DNA of 64,000 nt, from positions 29,878-93,877 of the forward strand of contig NIVC01000510.1 in the NCBI GenBank assembly GCA_002269645.1, read 5' to 3'. The first letter of the stretch is position 1. Each line of letters opens with the position of its first letter. Below the pieces are notes generated by a model, which saw only the letters and a program-made list of their open reading frames with translations, made no database searches and was not told the origin of the DNA. Positions 56,023-64,000 of this stretch are shown one piece after another. The DNA is from Macrostomum lignano (lineage: Eukaryota). Both the position numbers and the translations under genes were made by a program.

Positions 56023-56347
56023 GATTGTTTTTAGTAGCTGGAAAAGTTTATGAATCATTTTTAAATTAGTTTTTTCTACTTTTATTTTACAAAACGTTTG
56101 GGAGATGGAATTTTTTTGTTTTTGTTGTCAAATTTTTTTTTTATTATTTTAGTAATTTTTATTTAAATACATTTTTTATTTTCTTAATAATTTGATTAAG
56201 TCAGGAACATTTAAAACATGGAAACTTCGAACTCACAACAAATTTTTCACACACTCAATTTAAAAATCCCCGACGCCACTCTTCTATAGTCCCTAAAAAC
56301 AAAATTACCACTATAAAAATTATATACAGTGATAATAATATAGAAGA

Positions 56348-56565
56348 GGGGTTTAGCCTGACTGAAGCCCAGTTGTTATTTGTGTCCTTTAGCAGTGACA
56401 CTGAACTCTGCATTGGTTCAGTTCAACCAGCTGCAAAATGGGTGCCAGCTGGGTAACTGAGGATGTGTGTGGCAACCCCCCCCCCCCTAGTCCTTGGACT
56501 GAACAGCTATACAACCTTCAGACATGCTGTGCAATAGCTGTAGCAGAGCTGTCGGTTGCACATCT
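56348..56565 (+). mobile_element. Diverged SINE copy (head partly deleted)
   Basis: TTTGTGTCCTTTAGCAGTGACACTGAACTCTGCATTGG...AAAATGGGTGCCAGC...AGTCCTTGGACTGAACAGC...GAGCTGTCGGTTGCACATCT matches the reverse complement of about 11311-11500. Confidence 0.8.
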
Positions 56566-57116
56566 ATCTATTAGGACAGGTATAATTAATCAGGTACTAA
56601 TATTAATATTACCCATAAATGTTCAACTCCCAAATTTTACATAATCTATGCAACATTGCTTTTCACAAAAATATGACATAACTATATCAAAAGAGCCTTT
56701 TGGCAATAGCTTCCCTTGTTTTCTCTCAGTTTTACAGGTTTTTCTATTGATTAATTCATTTCTTTTTTCATTTTTTGTCATGTGTATCTTTCTTTAATTT
56801 ATTGGGGGCTTTGTTGATTGATCTAGCAATATACCTACCTTGACTGAGTGTTATGCAATAAATGCCTTAAAATAACTTTTGTTAGTTAAATTTTCAATTT
56901 TTTCCTAAAAATATAAATGTAGAATGATATAAATGGTTAATATATTATAAAAATTTAAAGTTTCAAGCAAGCTATACTCCACCCTTTGGCTTTGTGGTTT
57001 ATTTAAAACTGGTCATTTTTTATTTTTTGTCTACTACATGTTAACTAGACTTTAAAATTAAATGGCATCTAACTAAAAAACAGGTTGTCACTTTGGTATC
57101 TGGGTAAACATTCAAT

Positions 57117-57639
57117 AAACATTCAATGAAACAACAAAACATCCGCAACATGAAAGCTGAGGAAAGAACCATTAAAAGTTATTCAACATTGTCCTGAAGC
57201 TTCACCACATAGTCACCACTGTGCTGCACACTTCTGCCATTGGCTGTGCATGTTGTCAATGTTGTCAATCAGCAAAATCTGAGCGTGGCATCTCATGAAG
57301 GAGAATTTGGCGAGTCAATGCTTCCAAGCTCCCATGACAAGCAAAGATTTGTCCATGCAGCAGCTTCTTCCTCTTTGGAAAGAAGGCAAAGTCAGCTGTT
57401 TACAAATCCAGAGAGTAGGGTGGCAGTGAGAGCAGCACAGATTTTGCCTGCTTGATCGTCTCCTCTGTTTTCTTGGCCATGTGGGACGTGCGTTGTTGAA
57501 ATGCACAGCCGATGGCAGAAGTGTGCAGCGCACCCAGTGGTGACAATGTGGAGAAGCCTCAGGACAATGTTGATTAACTTTTAACTGTTCTTTCCTCAGC
57601 TTTCATGTTGCGGATGTTTTGTTGATTTGTTGAATGTTT
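57117..57639 (-). mobile_element. Degenerate mariner transposase fragment inside an about 135-bp inverted repeat
   Basis: Arms 57117-57251 and 57501-57639 are reverse complements with scattered mismatches. The spacer on the minus strand gives VHFNNARP / KKTEETIKQAKSVLLSLPPYSLDL*TADFAFFP, resembling mariner HDNARPH...PPYSPDL..DF.LF. Confidence 0.65.
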
Positions 57640-59049
57640 CATTGTTTCATGCATCAGGTACAAAGCTTTGGTCTATGGCAATTTGTAAAAGTAGCACAGG
57701 GGGTGGGGCAGAAAAGTGCTCATATCTCAAGAATGCCAGCAGATACAGAAATAAACAGAAAGTCATTTTAAGGCAGATAATTCTCTTTTTAACTGCAATA
57801 GACTTAATATTTCTGATTAGTCAGAAAAGGCTATATTGAAGAAAGTGAACTGACTTTTGGGACACCCCTTGTAATAAATGCAAGTCTACGAGACTCATAA
57901 ATGCAAAACTTTTGGGCCTTGTAATACATGTGAATATATTGTGATTATGGCTTTTTTGACTGTTGCTTTTCTGATTGTCACTTTTTATCTATTGCCTTTT
58001 CACTCTCCTAAGGATGCTATTTTCTCAATGAATTTGTGACATGCATGAGGGTTTTTGGCCCTTGCACCGCCTACATTACCATATATAGTAAGACTTCATA
58101 TGCAATAGACAAAAAATTTTTTGGCATATAGCATGTGCAAAATGGATTTGGAAATAAAACAGATTTGGATTTGGCTACACTGTGGAAATTTGTAATTGGT
58201 AATGTCTTAATTTAAATTATTTTTTTCAATATTTTAATTATGAAATTTTAGTTAAATAACTACAATATAATATATTTTGTTATAATTATAACTTGCAACA
58301 AAATAAAAGATAGAGAAAAGTAATCCAATCTGTGAAAAAGAATTCAATTTGTTTAAACAGGCTTTGCTGCATTGCGTAAGCATATAAGCAAAGTGCTCTT
58401 TAAAACATAAGCACATTTTTGCTTTTAACCTCCTCTCCCTAGTCACCACTTTGCATGCAGCACATAGTGCAAATGAAACCCTTGGAATGTAGCATGCAGA
58501 GTCAAATTTTTTGTGGCATGCATGAAACATCTTTGGGACTATGGTTGCTTTTTTGACCTATTATAGAATATAGTAGGTACTTTTGTCTATGTCCTTTTAG
58601 TGTGTTCATACAAAGTTACTTAGTCTTGGAGATATGGCAGCCTGAATACACTATTTAATTTGAATTAAATAGGCCCTAAGATTTAAAATGCTAAGAAAAT
58701 GTCAACTGACTAAGATAATGAAGTAGCTAAAATTCTATTATATACTGTATGTTACATATTTCACGCATGTAATTCTGCCTTTTCTTTTTAGTGTATTTGT
58801 AAACTTCTAAATTAATACTATGCACTAAATATGTACGGCTACATCTTTTATTTTGCCTTAACAAAGAATACAGTAAGAAAATATTGTTATAATGTATCTG
58901 CCATTTTTATAAAGTTTCCTATATAAGCAAAAAATATATGTTAGAAAAGATAACTTGTGTTTGCTTGGTTTGCCACTTGGCTCCAATACTCCTATCCTGT
59001 TCTCAAGCATTAGAAGAACAGTTGTGCTAAAAATAGAATTTAGTATTCG

Positions 59050-59554
59050 TCAATCTTCCTTTCTTATTCAGAGGAGCGTACAGTAGAGACGCACAGCCAC
59101 TCCTTTCCCTTCTCCCCCGAGCGTTTCCCCAAGAAGAATCGGCCTTGCATCCCAACCCCTCCCTGATCTTCCCTAGACATAACAACTGTCAAGTCACTGC
59201 TCGCCCCGACTAATTGTCCCTTAGTATTAGAAGTTCTATTCCCGCTACTTAATTCCTAATGAAGCAACCTGCCATTTATGCCAGCATTCCCTACTAACCA
59301 CTAGAATTCCCCATTAGCGTGCCAAGCAACTCTAATCCATCGCGAAACCCTTATCTCCCCCCATTTATATTTCCCCAGACTGAGTAGAAAATTGTGTCTT
59401 GCTGCTCAGACACATCATGCCACCAGGAGCAACCTAAGGCTTACTTCTATTAGTAGAATAAATTACATTTTCCTCCCCAAATCCTAAGAAACGCTCAGAA
59501 AATCCCCAGTAACCCCTGACCCCCTTACAACAAATTTGGTGTCAGCAATAGGAT
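59050..59554 (+). mobile_element. Possible LTR remnant with degenerate tRNA-Leu-type primer-binding site
   Basis: C-rich block ending ...CTTACAACA-AATT-TGGTGTCAGCAATAGGAT (59537-59554), close to the TGGTGTCAGAAGTGGGAT PBS; no second LTR or ORF was seen. Confidence 0.35.
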
Positions 59555-60991
59555 AAACTTCCCTCCCCCCAACCCCTGTAACAATAAGGAATCAAGTGCC
59601 AGGGAATTATATAAATGAAATTTCAAAGAATATAGCCATGATCTTCCAATCTTATAAATATCTAGGATTGGAGATAATATAACAAATACTGCTTTAGCTA
59701 GGCTATAAAAGATTAGACACAGGCCTAACTGAACCTTCTGTTGATCATATCATTCACAATACTCAATAGGCCTTAGGCCTACTCAAAGTCAAAACTTTTG
59801 GGCCTAGAGAAATAGTTTCTAATCCAATGATTGAACACTAGCCTATTCTGATTGACAAGTAGTAGAACACTTTAGTTTGCTGCAGAAAAATACTAGCATA
59901 GCATAGAATAATACATTAATACAGCATAATGCCATGGCATAATGGTGTTTAAGTTTTTCTCTTGAATGTTGCGTTTCTATTATTATATTCTACTATTAGA
60001 ATCTCTACACAGAAAAAATATAATTATAAGCAAAAGTAGTATAGCTGTTATTTCACAGTATAAAAATACACTAACTGCATTAGGTAGGCTGCTTAGCTTT
60101 TCAATTGCGCAGTAGGAATGTAAGTAGATAGCTGTAATAACTGTAATTAACCGATTGTCAGGGTCTGGTCTAATAGATTTTCTAAGATAACGACAATTTC
60201 CAAATTAGGATTTTGTGTATTTAAACAAGTAAGTATAACTGGTTGTTTTTAAGCTTGTAATACAATTATACTAACAATATTTTTTACAAAGGTTTTACTT
60301 TTAAATAATAAATGCTTAACTTTAAGAGTCGTAATGTGGTGCATCCAACGTTTCGTCTGACAAATTTAACATGAAAAAGCAGACTTTATTTAGTTAAATA
60401 AATTTTCCAGCCAACAGCTGCAAAAAAACTGTATTTTCAAGGAAATTTTAGGAAGATAATTCTAACGCTGGAAGTATTTTGATTTTACTGAGAATCACAG
60501 GTATACGGAGACTATACAAAGATTAAAGAGCCTAAAATATTTTATTAAGTAAATGGAGTTATTTAACCAATTTTGTACAGATAATGTATCTTTGGACGTA
60601 TCGTAAAATACTGCCATTTAGTGGAATTTTTATCCAACTAAGCTCCATAAGCTTATGGAGATAGTAATTTATTTTTATAACATGTTGCTCGCTTTCCTAT
60701 ACAACTTTATTTGCTTAGTTAGGATACTTATTGTTTTAAGCTTTTTTAGTCTGAAACATTTAGCATCTAAATGGATTTAAAATGTATACTGCATACTGTA
60801 TATGTCTCTTAGCTTAAATACTGCTTTGTAAATATCTTATCAATGTATTATTATACATATGTTGTTTTTTGTTTCATTCATAAATTTCTAAAATCTTTTT
60901 CGAAATTGGTATCGAAGGTTTATATTATAATGCATGACCAAGCGGCAAAAAGCCTGAAGCATTGATAAAAACAGTATAAGCTACAGGCACC

Positions 60992-63672
60992 ATGGCTGTC
61001 TCATTGCCAGTAACCTTCGAGCCTCAATCAGCCATGAGTCTCAGCAGCTTGGTAACATCCATCGAATATAAAACTGGCGCTCTCTACGATGGTGACGTTA
61101 GCGATCAGGCCAAGCAGGGAACCGGGGTTTTCACTTGGCCTAATGGTGACACGTACTCCGGCGAGTTTTCCAATGACAAGAGAAATGGCAAAGGTATTCT
61201 GGTATTCTGGGTCGGAATGTTTGATTGTTATTTCATTGTTTTGACTGATTGTTAAAACGTAAACAACTTCAGGTGAACAAGTTTGGTACGATGGAGACCG
61301 CTACAATGGCGAATATGTCGACGACATGAGACACGGATTCGGCGAATACACCTGGAATAACGGAGAGGTAAGAATTAAAACTGACAGTGCGAGATAATTA
61401 CTCAATTAAAAAATATAGACTACTAAATCGGATTGACAGCAAAAGAAGAAAAAAGCTTTTTGCTCCCAGCCTTGCACACTAGTCACAGGGACCTCCAATC
61501 TGCACCTCTGTAGCTGGCGCCCCTCTGTAGCTGGCATCCCCCTCTGTAGCTGGTACCATTTAGAACATTTAGAACATTCATATTTAGCATATCGTATTTA
61601 GTGCAGTCTTTCGCGTAGAAAAGATCGATGGGCAATTCTCGTCCACCGAAATTTAGAAAATTGTTTAAACTTATAATTTTTATCTCTATGCAGCGCTACA
61701 TCGGTCAGTTCTACAAAGACCACCGGCACGGGCCGGGTCAGTACACCTGGGCAGATGGCAGTAGTTTCGTCGGTACCTACTACATGGATCGCAAAGAAGG
61801 CTACGGAACGTTTTTCTACGCCAATGGCGACAAATTCGATGGTCTCTACCAAGCTGACGAGCGCGAAGGCCCCGGCGTGATAACTTATGCCGATGGTAGC
61901 CAGGACGTCGGACTGTGGCATCGAGAGCGACTATCCAGACTGCTGACTGAGGTTCCTGACACGTTCAGCCTGGGCAACCACCCAGAGCTCGACTACGATC
62001 CCAGCCGTGGCAAAGTTCAACTGCCTGCCGAGGGTCGACCGGATCCGCAGCTCGACGCCTTCCTAGAGGCGATCGTCAATCCGCCACCCGAGTGGACGTA
62101 CGACCCGGCCGCTGCGCAGCGCGTCAAGTCACGTCTGGACGGCGAAGTGCTCACTGGCAGCCGACCGGACAGCGCTGCTTTTAACAGAAAGGACTCCGAC
62201 GTGAACTTTCGACGCTCGGCTGGTCTGCGGGAAGACGCCGAGCACACGGATGAGGCTGACGCGGCCGGGAAGGAGACTCCGGCGGCGGAAACTGAGCAGC
62301 AGGATGCCTCATCTTTGCCACCGTCGAGCAATCAGTCTCCAACGCATCAGCAGCATCAACACAGGGCGTCGCCGAAAAAGGCAGGCGGTAGCAGCCCTAG
62401 CAGGTGAGGAGGATGCTGATAAATTTGGTTTGATTTGGTTTGGTTTTGTTTGATAGAATCACTCGTGAGGCTTCTGACTTGATTTTCAAGCAAGGGAGAA
62501 GCTAACGAGATCGAAGAAATATTATCTTTTTGTGTCCTCCGCCACAGGAGTCCGAAGCGCGGCTCGCCCAGTCGGAGGCCGCAGCCGACCGTTAAGCCGG
62601 CGAAGCGAGGCGGCCGCTCCACTGTTGAAACGCCCAACGAGTCGTCGAACAGCCCAACGGCCGACGCGGAAGCCGCAGCCAAGAAGTCTCAAACAGTGGA
62701 CGCTTGGAATCCTACACCGGCCAGCGTGGCGATGCAACTCCACGTGATTCGGTTTCGACAGTTGCAGTCACGAGCCGGATTCGATGTGGATGCAGTTCTT
62801 CGAGCCGATCGGAGTGGCTTTTGCCAACAGGTACAAAATGTTTTTAATAGGCAAACTTTTAAACGTTGACCTACTTGATTTATGGATAAAGGCTATGCCA
62901 ACCGCAGCCGAAAGTAAAACTGAAAAACTGCAAACTGCACTGTAGTCGATAATTTGCTTGAAAAGGTGGATAGAAACCCTGAGACATTTCATCCAGATCC
63001 CTCTTAGAATCCCAGGAGAATTTTCTATTGCAGTTGGTCTGCCTCAGCTCCACTCTAGCGCATTCATTTATAAGTAGCTTGCACACATTCGACGCATCTC
63101 CAGACTTTGATTCTGTGCGCGGCCTCATTCGTTTGGGGCTTGTGCGCAAAAATTCGCCGGCGGGTGTCGTGCGTCCCTACTTACAGTACCCACCCACGTA
63201 TAGGTGCACAGCGGAACAGACGGAATTGCGTCAGCGCTGGTTGTAGGACAATGTCACTGAAAGCGTTGCACCAGGGTGCATAAAACCCTGAATATTTATT
63301 CTTGGCATAGTTTAAGAAACTTACTTTGCGGAGCCTCAGAGAATTCCATTGCATAGCTTATATAATTCGCAACACCAGGGCCCATTGGAGCGTCGCTCGG
63401 TAGAGCTGATCGAAGCCGCCAAGTCTGGCGACCTCGCTGCGGTGCGCGGCTTATTGTCCAGCGGCGACGTCGATCCCAATGTGTCTGACAGTCTGGGCAA
63501 AACTCCACTTCTCTGCGCCAGCGTCAACTGGCACCGACAGGTGGTCGATTACCTGCTGGACGCCGGTGCGGACGTCAATCGGCTTAGCGACGAAGGCGTC
63601 TCCTGTTTAGCTGCTTGCTTCGTTCACTACTATCCGAGCGACAAGTTTCAGCGGAACATTGCTGAGAGTCCG
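60992..63672 (+). CDS. ANKMY1: Ankyrin repeat and MYND domain-containing protein 1, 5' part (MORN repeats then ankyrin repeats); continues beyond the window
   Basis: Exons 60992-61193, 61273-61367, 61694-62403, 62548-62830, 63379-63672; phase-consistent. MORN repeats YxGxFxxDxRHGxG; GSQDVGLW; WNPTP..MQ.H..RF; ankyrin ...[23 protein letters not shown]; this is the ANKMY1 order of domains. Confidence 0.9.
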
Positions 63673-64000
63673 GTAAGAAGCATGTTTTCGTGCAAGTTAT
63701 GTCTATAGTCATGGGAATGTCGAGAAATCAACAATTGCTTTCCTGGAAACTAACTATACCGCTAACTTGAACTTAAATTTCTGCCAAACGAGCGAATTTC
63801 GTTGCATTTTTTCGAGTTTTTTAACACCAAATTGGCAACATTTCCTTTTGAAATAAAAAAAGACCAGTTTGTTTTTCCGGAGATTTCCAAGTCGGAAGAT
63901 TTGGAGCGGAGATGTTGGCAATATCTTGCTTAAAAACGGAAAACGTCTTATCTAGCTAATTTACTCGGACTTTTTAGCGAAAACTACGATTTTCAAGCTC

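Overview
Intron-rich eukaryotic (metazoan) DNA with GC3-rich exons, AT-rich intergenic DNA and a different tandem-repeat array in almost every intron. The style suggests a flatworm such as Macrostomum, but that is inference only. I hand-assembled six spliced genes with phase-consistent GT-AG junctions: a GT7 beta-1,4-Gal/GalNAc transferase (+), a DENND3-like Rab GEF (-), eEF2 (+; hosts three U31/snR67-like box C/D snoRNAs), a TIR_2 plus putative beta-trefoil protein (+), an integrin beta (-; apparent 1-nt frameshift) and the 5' part of ANKMY1 (+). There are also tRNA-headed SINEs and DNA-transposon remnants. The most striking observation is a block of about 7.6 kb (about 21.67-29.27 kb) written as the base-by-base COMPLEMENT of real DNA without reversal. 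Complementing it in place restores a SINE copy, the first two coding exons of the DENND3-like gene in the right order and phase, and a candidate TATA/TOP promoter with an ATG exon for eEF2. No known replication or inversion process yields this, so it is most likely an assembly or data-processing artefact; raw reads would decide. All coordinates were counted by hand. No searches or alignments were run.
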